From an uncultured virus (IMG/VR IMGVR_UViG_3300046724_000456) (taxonomy: Duplodnaviria > Heunggongvirae > Uroviricota > Caudoviricetes), in IMG/VR virus record IMGVR_UViG_3300046724_000456: a stretch of 64,000 nucleotides of DNA; one strand, 5' to 3'. The notes under the pieces were generated by a model. It was not told the origin of the DNA. It worked only from the letters and a program-made list of their open reading frames with translations, and made no database searches. Shown here piece after piece: positions 38,088 to 47,544 of the stretch. Numbering within the stretch: position 1 is the first letter of the stretch; each line of letters begins with the position of its first letter. Position numbers and translations under genes: made by a program.

Positions 38088-39728
38088 ATGAACGAGTGGT
38101 GGCGATACGATCAGCTTCCCAGCCAGTGGCCCTACGACTGGAGCCCTGCGACCCGCGGCGATCGCCCCTGGGATCAGCTCGACTTTCACCTGGACCTAGG
38201 CTGCGGTCGTGCGCCTAAAGGTCGACTGGGGATCGACCGGAAGTTCTCAGAGGGCGCAACGGATCTGGTCATGGATCTCGATCTGCTGGAGCTCTACCAC
38301 TATGACTCCAAGCGGGCTAACCATCGCCTTGAGGAGCTGCTGGAGTTCCCCGGCGAGAGAAAGCTGCCCTTCCCCACCGGGTCGATCGAGTCGATCGTCA
38401 CGCACCACTGCTTCGAGCACATCGGACCGGGTTTCGAGCGGTTGATGGAGGAGTGCTACAGGGTGCTCAAATGGGGTGGCGTGATGCGAATCGTCACCCC
38501 GTTGTTCCCGTCCTACAGTGCGGTCGCGGAGTACGACCACAAGCGCTACTTTATGGAGGGGACGTTGATGGGGTTCTGCCAAGAGCTTCCTGGCGGCGTG
38601 TCGATGTATGACGGCTTCGCCGAGCGCTACAACACCTGCTGCTTCAAGCAGATCGACGAGGATCACTCGCCAGTGACGGCTCCAGACAAGGTGTGGACTC
38701 CGGACGATGCCCGCGAGATCCGCACCACACTGTGGAAATACAGCGATGGCGAAGAGGAGCCACCGCCAGCCGCGTTCATACCGGAGGAGACCAATGACTT
38801 TCGTCCAATTCAAGCTGGACAAAGTGATCCTGTTCGAGGGGACGCTGATGGACTCGGCGATCCCGACCTTGGGGGAAACGATCAAAGTCCCGGGGACTCG
38901 GCGCAAACTGAAAGTCGGGATGGTGACGCGGCGGGTTTGGAAGGGCCGCAAGAACCATCGCCACGGGCTGATCAAGCAGGAAGTAGTGGTGGATCTAGTC
39001 CCTTCGCATCTGTTTGTGTCCTCAGCTACGAAAGGCTGAGCCTCCTACGAGAGACCATTGGCTCGATGCTCGCCGGCGCACACTCACCCTTCGAGTTGAT
39101 CGTTCACGATGATGGCTCTCGCGATCCCGAGCTGCGCCAGTGGCTCCTGCAGATGTCGGAGGAGGGCGTGATCTCGACGCTGATCATGAACTCGCCGGGC
39201 TGGAATGAGGGTCAGGGCGTTGCGATGAACAGGATGGCCGCGGTGGCAAAGGGGGATCCGATCATCAAGTGTGATCAGGATCTGGTTTTCGAGCCCGGCT
39301 GGTTGTTGAAGGTGCAGGACGTACTCCGCCGCAACATGATTGCCACCCACGAAACAGATGAACCGATCATCGGCGCGCTCGGTATCTTCAAGTACCCGGT
39401 GGACCCGGTTGATCACGAGAAGATGTTCATCAGGGAGTGGGGGATCTTCGACGAGGTACAGGACTTCGTCGGCTCCTTCATGGCAATACCGCGTCACGCC
39501 TGGGGTATGTTCGGACCCTGGGGCGAGCGCAGCGCTGCCTTCGCAGAGGACGCGGTGTTCAAGGAGAGCGTCAGTAAAGAAGAGGGTTGGTGTTGCGCGC
39601 TGACCAAGGAGGATCTTGCCCGCAACCAGGGCTTCGGCGTCGGCCCCTCTACGGTGGTAGTCGCCGAGGGCACGGTGCAGGGGATCCAGCCCGGCCCGAA
39701 GGTGATCGAGCCCGGAGTGATCCAGTGA
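38088..39728 (+). CDS. SAM methyltransferase-GT2 glycosyltransferase fusion
   Basis: N-terminal LDLGCG...LPFPTGS...HHCFEH...YRVLKWGG; C-terminal SVCVLSYER...IVHDDGS...KCDQD...AED. Confidence 0.85.
   Translation: MNEWWRYDQLPSQWPYDWSPATRGDRPWDQLDFHLDLGCGRAPKGRLGIDRKFSEGATDLVMDLDLLELYHYDSKRANHRLEELLEFPGERKLPFPTGSIESIVTHHCFEHIGPGFERLMEECYRVLKWGGVMRIVTPLFPSYSAVAEYDHKRYFMEGTLMGFCQELPGGVSMYDGFAERYNTCCFKQIDEDHSPVTAPDKVWTPDDAREIRTTLWKYSDGEEEPPPAAFIPEETNDFRPIQAGQSDPVRGDADGLGDPDLGGNDQSPGDSAQTESRDGDAAGLEGPQEPSPRADQAGSSGGSSPFASVCVLSYERLSLLRETIGSMLAGAHSPFELIVHDDGSRDPELRQWLLQMSEEGVISTLIMNSPGWNEGQGVAMNRMAAVAKGDPIIKCDQDLVFEPGWLLKVQDVLRRNMIATHETDEPIIGALGIFKYPVDPVDHEKMFIREWGIFDEVQDFVGSFMAIPRHAWGMFGPWGERSAAFAEDAVFKESVSKEEGWCCALTKEDLARNQGFGVGPSTVVVAEGTVQGIQPGPKVIEPGVIQ
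38794..39039 (+). CDS. Overprinted 81-aa ORF in the +1 frame of the fusion linker
   Basis: GGAGGAG RBS; 14-nt start context identical to that of the enclosing gene; globular beta-type sequence. Confidence 0.5.
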   Translation: MTFVQFKLDKVILFEGTLMDSAIPTLGETIKVPGTRRKLKVGMVTRRVWKGRKNHRHGLIKQEVVVDLVPSHLFVSSATKG

Positions 39729-39922
39729 GGTACGCAGTGCTGTTCACAGCTTCACATGAGGCTGAAGAAGGCCGCTCGTGGGCAATCGTCGAAGCCGACG
39801 AGCCGGCACAGGCCGTGTCGATGGTCGGCGGTCGCACGGTGGCGATGGATGACAAAGCCCTGGTCGTCGCGCTCGATGAGAAGCCGATCCCCGTGTACGC
39901 GACCGTGGGGTGGCACATATGA
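39725..39922 (+). CDS. Hypothetical protein
   Basis: GTGA-coupled 65-aa ORF. Confidence 0.55.
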   Translation: MRYAVLFTASHEAEEGRSWAIVEADEPAQAVSMVGGRTVAMDDKALVVALDEKPIPVYATVGWHI

Positions 39923-40137
39923 GCGAGGATCCCACATTCGAGGAGCTGCTCAAGGAGGTTGAGGAGGACACCAAGGAGCGATCGAAGCGCCGTCGGCCCA
40001 AGTGGATGAACGGACCCAAGGAGCGGGAGGGTCTGTCGGAGGCCGAGCGTCGCAACCGTCGACAGTTCAACCAGGCGAACCGCAAGAGACGAAAGGCGCG
40101 GGGACGCCGCAAACATGGAAGGCCGGTGGGAAGGTGA
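39919..40137 (+). CDS. Small Arg-rich protein
   Basis: ATGA-coupled ORF, very basic C-terminus. Confidence 0.55.
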   Translation: MSEDPTFEELLKEVEEDTKERSKRRRPKWMNGPKEREGLSEAERRNRRQFNQANRKRRKARGRRKHGRPVGR

Positions 40138-40991
40138 AAGCTGGGATCGTCATACCCGTCGGCCCCGGCCGGGAAGAGAACCTTGGCCGGGCTCTCGTCT
40201 CGATCGAAGAGATGAAGTTCCCGCCCGAGCACATCGTCCTGGTCTGCGACGGGCCGGAGTCAGAGGTCAGCGATCCGGGGATCTCCCTTCCTCACTCGCT
40301 CGTTGTTACGCCTCACAAGCATGAGCCCGGTAGGGAGCAGCCCCGCAACGTTGGGGTACGTGTGCTGCAGGATCTGGGCGGCTTTACTCACGCCTGGTTC
40401 CTGGACACCGACATCATCCTGGACCCCTGGGCGCATTCCCACTTCCACAGTGCGATGGAGGTCGACACACTGGAGCGGATCCTCGTCGGTCCCTACGACT
40501 GGCTTGCGGCGAACACCAAGGTGCCAGTGCCCGACCTGCGAAACGATCCGCGCTGGCCATCGTTCGACAACCACGACATGCGCGAGGCCCTGACCAACGA
40601 CCTCAGTGCCGGCTTGGCCTGCTTCAGCGGCAACCTGATCTGGCCGATTGAGGCCTTCGTTCGGATCGGCGGCTTCTGGAACGAGCTCCACCACGGCCGC
40701 TGTGAGGACGGCGAGCTCGGGCTTCGTGCCGTGGCCTGCGGCGTCCCGATCAGCTTCGTCGCCGCGGCGCGCGGTTGGCATCTCGATCACCCGATCAACG
40801 GCGAGCTGACGCTGCAGCGCAATGAGCGCGACGTCCCGATGCTGAACGATCGCCATCCCTGGGTCCAGGGCGAGGGGCTGTTTGTTGTCGAAGAGGACGG
40901 CAAGCGGTTCAACACCCACTGTCGCTGTGGCTGGTCAGGGAACACGATGGAGATCTGGGAGCACCAGGCTAATTGTGATCAAGCTCGATAA
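40134..40991 (+). CDS. Glycosyltransferase family 2
   Basis: IVIPVG, LVCDG, RNVG, WFLDTDII, GGFWNE...CEDGELG. Confidence 0.85.
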   Translation: MKAGIVIPVGPGREENLGRALVSIEEMKFPPEHIVLVCDGPESEVSDPGISLPHSLVVTPHKHEPGREQPRNVGVRVLQDLGGFTHAWFLDTDIILDPWAHSHFHSAMEVDTLERILVGPYDWLAANTKVPVPDLRNDPRWPSFDNHDMREALTNDLSAGLACFSGNLIWPIEAFVRIGGFWNELHHGRCEDGELGLRAVACGVPISFVAAARGWHLDHPINGELTLQRNERDVPMLNDRHPWVQGEGLFVVEEDGKRFNTHCRCGWSGNTMEIWEHQANCDQAR

Positions 40992-41006
40992 CACGAAGGA
41001 GATGAA

Positions 41007-41528
41007 ATGAAGAAAAGTTGGTTCATGGCAGTTCTCGCGGCGTTGCTGGTTGTCTGTGCTGGTACAGCCATCGCCTCAATCCCCGGCGGCAGCAATACGT
41101 CGTTCAATGTTCAGGACCCTGCGGTCACGGTCGTGTCCTCGGGTCAGACACCAGGCGTGAGTGGTGCATCGGAAGCCTGTGCATGGGCGAAAGAAACCAC
41201 TACGTTTTGCAAAGGAGAAGGACTCAGCTTCACCCCTGTGTCCAACGGTGTCTGCACAGTCAACTTCGACGCGGCGCTGATCGGCAACGAAAGCAAAGAA
41301 GGAAGCCTCAACAGCGTTGGCTATGGGGTTGCTGTTAATAGCGCGAATACGGCAGATGAAAACGGAGTCACCACGACGCCTACTAACCGCGGCGAACAGA
41401 CAGTTTCTCGCTCTCGTCTAGTGAGCGTTGAAGCCGGCGTCGAATACAACCTCGGTATCTGGTTGAGGTCCTACGAAGCATCGACTGGGACCGCCTACTG
41501 GGACCTGGATTACGTCTGTTACGGCTGA
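41007..41528 (+). CDS. Secreted Ser/Thr-rich beta-sandwich protein
   Basis: Signal peptide MKKSWFMAVLAALLVVCAGTAIA; AAGGAG RBS. Confidence 0.7.
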   Translation: MKKSWFMAVLAALLVVCAGTAIASIPGGSNTSFNVQDPAVTVVSSGQTPGVSGASEACAWAKETTTFCKGEGLSFTPVSNGVCTVNFDAALIGNESKEGSLNSVGYGVAVNSANTADENGVTTTPTNRGEQTVSRSRLVSVEAGVEYNLGIWLRSYEASTGTAYWDLDYVCYG

Positions 41529-42272
41529 ATGGACTATCTCGACCTATTGAAGCTCAGCTTGGCTGATCTTCTTGGACATGTGACGCACCGAGCCATTCCC
41601 TTGGAGGGTGGTTCGGTGCGTCATGAGGTGGTGCCAGAGGACGAGCGCCACATTAGGGTCGAAGGACGTGACTGGACGAGCTATGGATTGACCCTGGTTG
41701 GGCCTAGTAGGCTCAGTGACCTGCAGGGCGAGGTAGAACGAATAGTGCGAGATGGGGTCCGGGGTGACTTTATCGAGACGGGTGTGTGGCGTGGGGGCAC
41801 TGTGATCTTTATGAAGGCGGCGCTCGAATCCCTCGAAGAGGACCGAAGGGTGTTCGCTGCCGATTCCTTTCAAGGACTTCCCGTCCCTGACCCTGCCTAC
41901 CCTGCCGATGGAGCGGGGCCAGTGCTTCATGACATCGACTTCTTGGCCGTCTCGCAGGAGGAAGTGCGGAGGAATTGCGATCGCTATGGGGTCGGGGAGG
42001 TCGAGTTCGTAGAGGGTTGGTTTAAGGAGACATTGCCGAAGTTGCAAAATGAGTGGGCACTGATTCGGCTCGACGGCGATTACTACGAGTCAACGATCAT
42101 CGCGCTGGAGAGCCTCTACCCTGGGCTGTCAGCCGGTGGTGTAGTAATCGTTGACGACTACCATCAACTCCGACAGTGCAGTGAGGCTGTGCACGATTTT
42201 CGGGCGGCGAACAATATCGAGTCACCACTCCAGGATGTCGACTGGACCGCGGTCAAGTGGGTTAAAGAATGA
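41529..42272 (+). CDS. TylF/MycF/NovP-family sugar O-methyltransferase
   Basis: GDFIETGVWRGG, ADSFQGLP, GWFKETLP, LIRLDGDYYEST, VIVDDY. Confidence 0.93.
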   Translation: MDYLDLLKLSLADLLGHVTHRAIPLEGGSVRHEVVPEDERHIRVEGRDWTSYGLTLVGPSRLSDLQGEVERIVRDGVRGDFIETGVWRGGTVIFMKAALESLEEDRRVFAADSFQGLPVPDPAYPADGAGPVLHDIDFLAVSQEEVRRNCDRYGVGEVEFVEGWFKETLPKLQNEWALIRLDGDYYESTIIALESLYPGLSAGGVVIVDDYHQLRQCSEAVHDFRAANNIESPLQDVDWTAVKWVKE

Positions 42273-43009
42273 ACATCTCGATGCTCATCACAACCTTTAA
42301 TCGAGGTCCTTATCTCGCCGATTCGCTGGCGCGTCTTCGAGAGCTTACGTCTCCCGACCAACTGGTGGTGGTTAACGACGGAGGCGATCATGACTGCGAA
42401 GAGATAGCTCGCTCTTATGCTCACAGCGTTGGGGTCGATGCGACCATTCTCTACAACGATAATCCTGGCAAAACGGTTTGCTCACAGGCTCGCAACCTCG
42501 GGCTCAGTCACTGCACAGGAGACGTGATCCTGACCACTGAGCCGGAGGTCCACTTTCGTTCGGATGTCGTGGCTCAGGCACCTGGCCTCATGGCCGAGCA
42601 TGAGACTAGTGTCATCACGCCGGGAACAGTCTTCTACGCGCCCAACGACTGGGATGGCGATCTCTCTAATCCAGGTCCACAGCAGCAGGGCAACTGGATC
42701 CCTCCCTATGTCGGGCTCTGGCGAAAGTCATGGCTCGAAGGAGTCGGAGGATGGGACGAGGGATTTCCAGGAACCTGGGGCGGCGAAGATGTTGATCTCT
42801 TCGCGCGCTTGAAAAAAATCGGGATCGACCGGTGGCAGGCATGGGAGATGGATGTGGTTCACAAAGACCACCTGACCGCCAACCCTGAGGAGAACATGCC
42901 AGAGGCTGAAAAAAACGCTGCTTACATGTACGCAAAGCCATACTGGCATGGCCACATCGAGCATCGTTGTTCGACTGAATGTTTGCGCCGGCTGGGGGTG
43001 ATTGCGTGA
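42269..43009 (+). CDS. Glycosyltransferase family 2
   Basis: ITTFNR, VVNDGG, ARNLG, GGWDEGF...WGGEDVD; EPE in place of DxD. Confidence 0.85.
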   Translation: MNISMLITTFNRGPYLADSLARLRELTSPDQLVVVNDGGDHDCEEIARSYAHSVGVDATILYNDNPGKTVCSQARNLGLSHCTGDVILTTEPEVHFRSDVVAQAPGLMAEHETSVITPGTVFYAPNDWDGDLSNPGPQQQGNWIPPYVGLWRKSWLEGVGGWDEGFPGTWGGEDVDLFARLKKIGIDRWQAWEMDVVHKDHLTANPEENMPEAEKNAAYMYAKPYWHGHIEHRCSTECLRRLGVIA

Positions 43010-43725
43010 ACGTTTCGATGGTCATAACGACCTTCAACCGGGCTGCTTTGTTGGTCAGGAGCCTGTCGCGTCTCGCCGCTCTCACCTTCCCCGACGAGCT
43101 GCTAATCATCGACGATGGCGGCGACGATGAGACGCCGCAGGTATGCGAAGAATTCAGGCAGTACCTCCCGATTCGCTACATCTACAACGATAACCCGGGA
43201 TCAACGATCTGCTCCATGGCGCGCAACATAGGCATCAAGCAGGCCAAGCACGATTGGATCATTACCAGTGAGCCGGAGCTGATCTACGAGACTGACATCG
43301 TGGCTCAGTTCCTGGAGTGTCACGCCGATCACCCGCAGCAGGTAGTCTCAGCGGGTCATATCACCTTCGCACCGGAGGGATGGACGCCAGACCTGCCGCT
43401 TCTAGGCCAGGTAGCAGAAGGGTGGGTCGCCCCACATACGGCGCTATGGAAGAAAGAGTGGCTCTTGGCTGTCGGAGGCTGGGACGAGAGCTTCCCGGGG
43501 CCGTGGGGCTGGGATGACACTGATCTCTTGACGCGCCTGCGTATCAACGGTATCGGTCAGCACATCGAGCTGGCAATGAGGGCTGTTCATCAATTCCACG
43601 GGCTTGGTGCGGACCCGGACAGCAGGAACGAGGCTCACTTCTTCGCCAAGTCCTTCAACGGGGACGAGACCAACACGGCCGACGTTGTCGCCAACCAAGG
43701 AAGGGACTGGGGAGTCGTTAGATGA
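43006..43725 (+). CDS. Glycosyltransferase family 2 (paralogue of the preceding gene)
   Basis: ITTFNR, IIDDGG, ARNIG, SEPE, GGWDESF...WGWDDTD. Confidence 0.85.
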   Translation: MNVSMVITTFNRAALLVRSLSRLAALTFPDELLIIDDGGDDETPQVCEEFRQYLPIRYIYNDNPGSTICSMARNIGIKQAKHDWIITSEPELIYETDIVAQFLECHADHPQQVVSAGHITFAPEGWTPDLPLLGQVAEGWVAPHTALWKKEWLLAVGGWDESFPGPWGWDDTDLLTRLRINGIGQHIELAMRAVHQFHGLGADPDSRNEAHFFAKSFNGDETNTADVVANQGRDWGVVR

Positions 43726-44366
43726 AATACGAGGAGCAGCTCATCGAGGAGGTCAAGACGTGGTGCATCCAGGATCCGGAGAGACGCGCGGAGAAGATGC
43801 AACGCGAGCGCATTCGTCACCCGAAACTGATCAAGGATCTACTGCTCGACCAGCTCGACACGTCGACCATGAATATCCTGGAGGTCGGTGGTGGACCCGA
43901 GCCCTTGAGTGATCTGCTCGACTTCGAGTTCCGGATCGTCGTCGATCCCTGCGCCGACGAGTACGCCGAATTCTTCCCGACTCCCGACCACCTAAACATG
44001 GAGGCCGAGGACATGGGGGACAGCACCTGGCACGAGACCTTCGACCTGATCATCTGCACCAATGCACTCGACCACGTTCGGGATGTGCCGTCGGTCATGA
44101 GCAGGATCTACCGGTGCCTCAAGCCGGGCGGCTACTTCGCCGTCATGTGCGCCGAGAACAACGCGATCACCAACCCGCACCCCTGCCACAAGATCAACCT
44201 CACCGCGGCCGACCTGCACCGATCGTGCGACAAGTGGGCCGAGACCTGCTGGGAGCTGACTTATCGTAAGGACGGTTATCGCTATGGCTGGGCCGAGTAC
44301 CAGGGCAAGTGCGGCCAGCCGGCCTTCGCGATCCTGTTCCGCAAGGCGGTCGGGTATGAGCAGTGA
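43722..44366 (+). CDS. Class I SAM-dependent methyltransferase
   Basis: ILEVGGG, VDP, FDLIICTNALDHV, RCLKPGG. Confidence 0.9.
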   Translation: MKYEEQLIEEVKTWCIQDPERRAEKMQRERIRHPKLIKDLLLDQLDTSTMNILEVGGGPEPLSDLLDFEFRIVVDPCADEYAEFFPTPDHLNMEAEDMGDSTWHETFDLIICTNALDHVRDVPSVMSRIYRCLKPGGYFAVMCAENNAITNPHPCHKINLTAADLHRSCDKWAETCWELTYRKDGYRYGWAEYQGKCGQPAFAILFRKAVGYEQ

Positions 44367-45408
44367 GCTCGACGTCGCCAAAGACGTCTGCTTCATAGGG
44401 CTCGGCGCGAGTGCACCATGCTACTACCGCGTCATGCTGCCCGCGATGGCTCTGAAATGCGACTGGGCTGGAGTCGCAGGTGTTCCACCCAGCCTGCATT
44501 GGTTGACCGGGTCGGTCAAAGGGCAGTCGAAGATGCCAGACCTCATCGACGACTACAAGATCGTGGTACTGCAGCAGCCCTGCGGTGACCAGTGGTTGAA
44601 GCTCACCGAGGCGATGCAAGAGGCAGGCAAGAAGGTTCTGTTCGAGGTCGACGATTACCTGCATGGCATTGCGAAGCGAGAGGATCACCACTTCAAGGAT
44701 TCCTATGACGATCGGGTCCTGCTCTTTTACGAGGACATGATGCGTGCCTGTGACGGGATAATCGCGTCGACCGAATACATTGCGCGCAAATACAAGAAGT
44801 TCAACCCGAACGTGTACGTATGTCGCAACGGGATTGACCTCAACCGTTACAACCTGAGCAGGCCTGAGCGCAAGACGGTGAACATTGGCTGGGCTGGTGC
44901 TACGGGTCACACCAAGGCGATCATGCCGTGGATGAATCAGGTACTGGCGGTCATGCAGGAGAAACCAGAGACCTGCTTCGTTTCGATTGGGCAGCCGTTC
45001 GCCGATGCGATCAGGCCCTATCTCGACGATGAGAGAGCGATCTCGGTGCCATGGGCCGCTATCGAGCAGTACCCATCGGCCATGTCCATGATCGACATTG
45101 CGCTGGCCCCTGCTGGTGCTGGCGGCTGGTATCTCGGCAAGTCAGATCTGCGCTGGCTGGAGGCAGGAGCGCTCGGGATCCCGATCATCGCCAACCGCAA
45201 GGTGTACAAGGAAATCGAGGACGGGGTGACAGGTTTCACCGCCGAGAACCCCTACATTATGACCGAAAAGCTGATGCCCTTGATCGGTGACCGAGACCTG
45301 CGGCTGCGGATCGGTGACCAAGCGAAAGAGTATGTTCGCGAGCACAGGGGCATCGAGACAATGTCGGAGCAATGGACGGATGCATTCCGTCGAGTCCACG
45401 ACGGCTGA
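44356..45408 (+). CDS. GT-B (family 4-like) glycosyltransferase
   Basis: YYRVMLP, FEVDD, IGWAGATGH, DIALAP...KSDLRWLEAGALGIPII. Confidence 0.88.
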   Translation: MSSELDVAKDVCFIGLGASAPCYYRVMLPAMALKCDWAGVAGVPPSLHWLTGSVKGQSKMPDLIDDYKIVVLQQPCGDQWLKLTEAMQEAGKKVLFEVDDYLHGIAKREDHHFKDSYDDRVLLFYEDMMRACDGIIASTEYIARKYKKFNPNVYVCRNGIDLNRYNLSRPERKTVNIGWAGATGHTKAIMPWMNQVLAVMQEKPETCFVSIGQPFADAIRPYLDDERAISVPWAAIEQYPSAMSMIDIALAPAGAGGWYLGKSDLRWLEAGALGIPIIANRKVYKEIEDGVTGFTAENPYIMTEKLMPLIGDRDLRLRIGDQAKEYVREHRGIETMSEQWTDAFRRVHDG

Positions 45409-45757
45409 GGTCGCGCGCATCCTGCGGCTGCACTCCTTCCATTATGCGGATGAGGAGCAGCTACAGCGTGGGATAGGCGAGGCGCTGACGCTCGCCGGCG
45501 CGCCGTTCACCCGCGAGGTGCGATTGGACCGGTCCTCGCGGATCGACTTCGTAGTCCACGCCCGATGTGAGGTAGGCATCGAGGCGAAGATCGCCTCCGC
45601 GGCGAGCTCGGTCTCCAGACAGGTCGATCGCTATCTCACGAACGACAACATCGATGGGCTCGTTCTGGTGACGACGCTGCGTCGGCACAAATCGCTCGGC
45701 GGGATGCGACGCGGCAAGCCCGTAGAGGTCGTCTGGCTGGGATTCGCAGCGCTGTGA
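45380..45757 (+). CDS. Small PD-(D/E)XK nuclease-like protein
   Basis: EEQLQ...FTREV...RIDFVV...GIEAK...QVDRY. Confidence 0.7.
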   Translation: MHSVESTTAEVARILRLHSFHYADEEQLQRGIGEALTLAGAPFTREVRLDRSSRIDFVVHARCEVGIEAKIASAASSVSRQVDRYLTNDNIDGLVLVTTLRRHKSLGGMRRGKPVEVVWLGFAAL

Positions 45758-47436
45758 GCCAAACACACGGCAAAGTAGAGCGCTACGGCGAGACGTGGTG
45801 GGTCTACACCGAACCTCACCTGATGATCAAGCTCAAGCGCTGGTTTCCGCGCGTGGAGGCCAACCGTCAAGGCGCGTTGATTATCCGTGCCACTGCCGAG
45901 GTCTCGCGGGACCTGGAGTGGTTCATGACGCGCTACCCGATGGAGATGAAAGAGAAGGCCCGGGCGGCGCTTGGCCGAGAATCGAAGGAACACAAAGGCC
46001 TGGAGCACGATGCGCAGGAGATCCTGGCCGGCAAGGCGCTGAAGCGCGAGCTCAAATGGGAAGTCAAGGAGGCCCGCGACTACCAGCTAGTGGCCGCGGA
46101 TCTGGCCCTGCGCACCGGCCACCTGCTGATCGCCGACGACATCGGGCTCGGCAAGACGTTGGAGGCGCTGCTGATCCTTCGCGACGCCGGCCTGTTGCCC
46201 TGCCTGATCATCTGCCAGACCCACTTGCCGCAGCAGTGGAAGGAAGAAATCGAAGACTTCTGCCCATGGCTTAAGCCGCACATTGCGCGAAAAGGATCAC
46301 CGTACAAACTGGCCCAGTTCGAGAAGGATGGCCTCACGCCCAACGTTCTGATCATGGGCTACTCCAAGGTCGCGGGCTGGGCACCGGTGCTGAAAGGGAA
46401 AATCAAGTCGGTCATCATCGACGAGTGCCAGGAAGTCAGGATTGAGGGCTCCCAGAAGTACGTCGGCGTGGCGATGGTCGCCGACAAGGCAGACTGCGTG
46501 GTCGGCACGACTGCGACGCCGGTTTACAACTACGGCGATGAGATCTTCAACATCATGGACGTCATCGCTCCGGGATGTCTTGGCGAGCGCGACGAGTTCG
46601 TCAGGGAGTGGGGCAAGCGGATCGGCAGTCACATCGGGGTGCAGGATCCCGAGGCGCTGCGGCACTACCTGATCGGCCAGAACCTGATGATCCAGCGCAC
46701 GAGGGAAGACGTCGGCCGGGAACTGCCGGAGACGATTCGCGTCACGCAGTCGATCGAGGCCGACGAGATCGTCTTCAACGAGCTGATGGCCGACCACATC
46801 GAAACGGCGAAGATCCTGGCCAGCCGGGAAGCCAGCCGGGAAGAACTGTTCAGGCTCAGCGGGGAGTTCGAGTGGCAGCTCCGCCGCGCTACCGGCGTGG
46901 CCAAGGCACCGTTCGTGGCCGAGTCAGTCAAAGGCCTGCTGGAGTCGGGAGAGAAGGTCGTCATGTTCGGCTGGCACCACTCGGTGTACGACATCTGGGA
47001 GGAGTCACTAGCCGACTACCACCCTGTGTTCTATGGCGGCAAACAGTCACCGACACAAAAGCTGCAGGCCAAGGGTAAATTTATGGACCCTGAAGGTGAT
47101 TGCAAAGTCATGGTGATTTCTTTGCGTTCGGGGGCAGGGCTCGACGGGTTGCAACAGGTGTCACGAATCGCTGTGTTCGGTGAGCTCGACTGGTCGCCGA
47201 CCATGCATGACCAGTGCATCGGCCGGCTGCGGCGCGACGGAATGACCGACCCCGTGGTCGCTTACTTCATGGTGTCTGAGTACGGATCGGATCCGTTCAT
47301 CGCCGAGAAGCTGCAGCTCAAGCGAGGCCAGAGCGAGCCGTTCATGCATCCCGGATCGAAGCTGCTGAAGGTCGACGAGGAGGCAATGGCGGGTAGATCT
47401 TTCCGCATGGCTACAGAGTTCCTGAGCAGAGATTGA
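45754..47436 (+). CDS. SNF2-family helicase
   Basis: ADDIGLGKT, IIDECQ, TATP, GLDGLQ, DWSP...QCIGRLRRDG. Confidence 0.9.
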   Translation: MSQTHGKVERYGETWWVYTEPHLMIKLKRWFPRVEANRQGALIIRATAEVSRDLEWFMTRYPMEMKEKARAALGRESKEHKGLEHDAQEILAGKALKRELKWEVKEARDYQLVAADLALRTGHLLIADDIGLGKTLEALLILRDAGLLPCLIICQTHLPQQWKEEIEDFCPWLKPHIARKGSPYKLAQFEKDGLTPNVLIMGYSKVAGWAPVLKGKIKSVIIDECQEVRIEGSQKYVGVAMVADKADCVVGTTATPVYNYGDEIFNIMDVIAPGCLGERDEFVREWGKRIGSHIGVQDPEALRHYLIGQNLMIQRTREDVGRELPETIRVTQSIEADEIVFNELMADHIETAKILASREASREELFRLSGEFEWQLRRATGVAKAPFVAESVKGLLESGEKVVMFGWHHSVYDIWEESLADYHPVFYGGKQSPTQKLQAKGKFMDPEGDCKVMVISLRSGAGLDGLQQVSRIAVFGELDWSPTMHDQCIGRLRRDGMTDPVVAYFMVSEYGSDPFIAEKLQLKRGQSEPFMHPGSKLLKVDEEAMAGRSFRMATEFLSRD

Positions 47437-47537
47437 AATTGCGCCGTCGGGTTCGCTATGCTGCTGACGCTGAGTAACGGGCTTCGCCCCTACTGCCGGA
47501 ATTGCAATACGGCAGCACGGGGGGCGGAGCCCTTTTT
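47433..47537 (+). promoter_or_regulatory. Promoter plus terminator-like leader hairpin before the sigma gene
   Basis: TTGAAA-N18-TATGCT, then GGGCTTCGCCCC...GGGGCGGAGCCC-TTTTT with inner CTGCCG/CGGCAG stem. Confidence 0.6.
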
Positions 47538-47544
47538 CGTACAC

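Noticed and set aside
37291..45408. Host capsule/EPS locus marking a prophage boundary
   Set aside because: Translationally coupled to phage genes on both sides, interspersed with small phage-type ORFs, and lacking transport, polymerase and sugar-synthesis genes.
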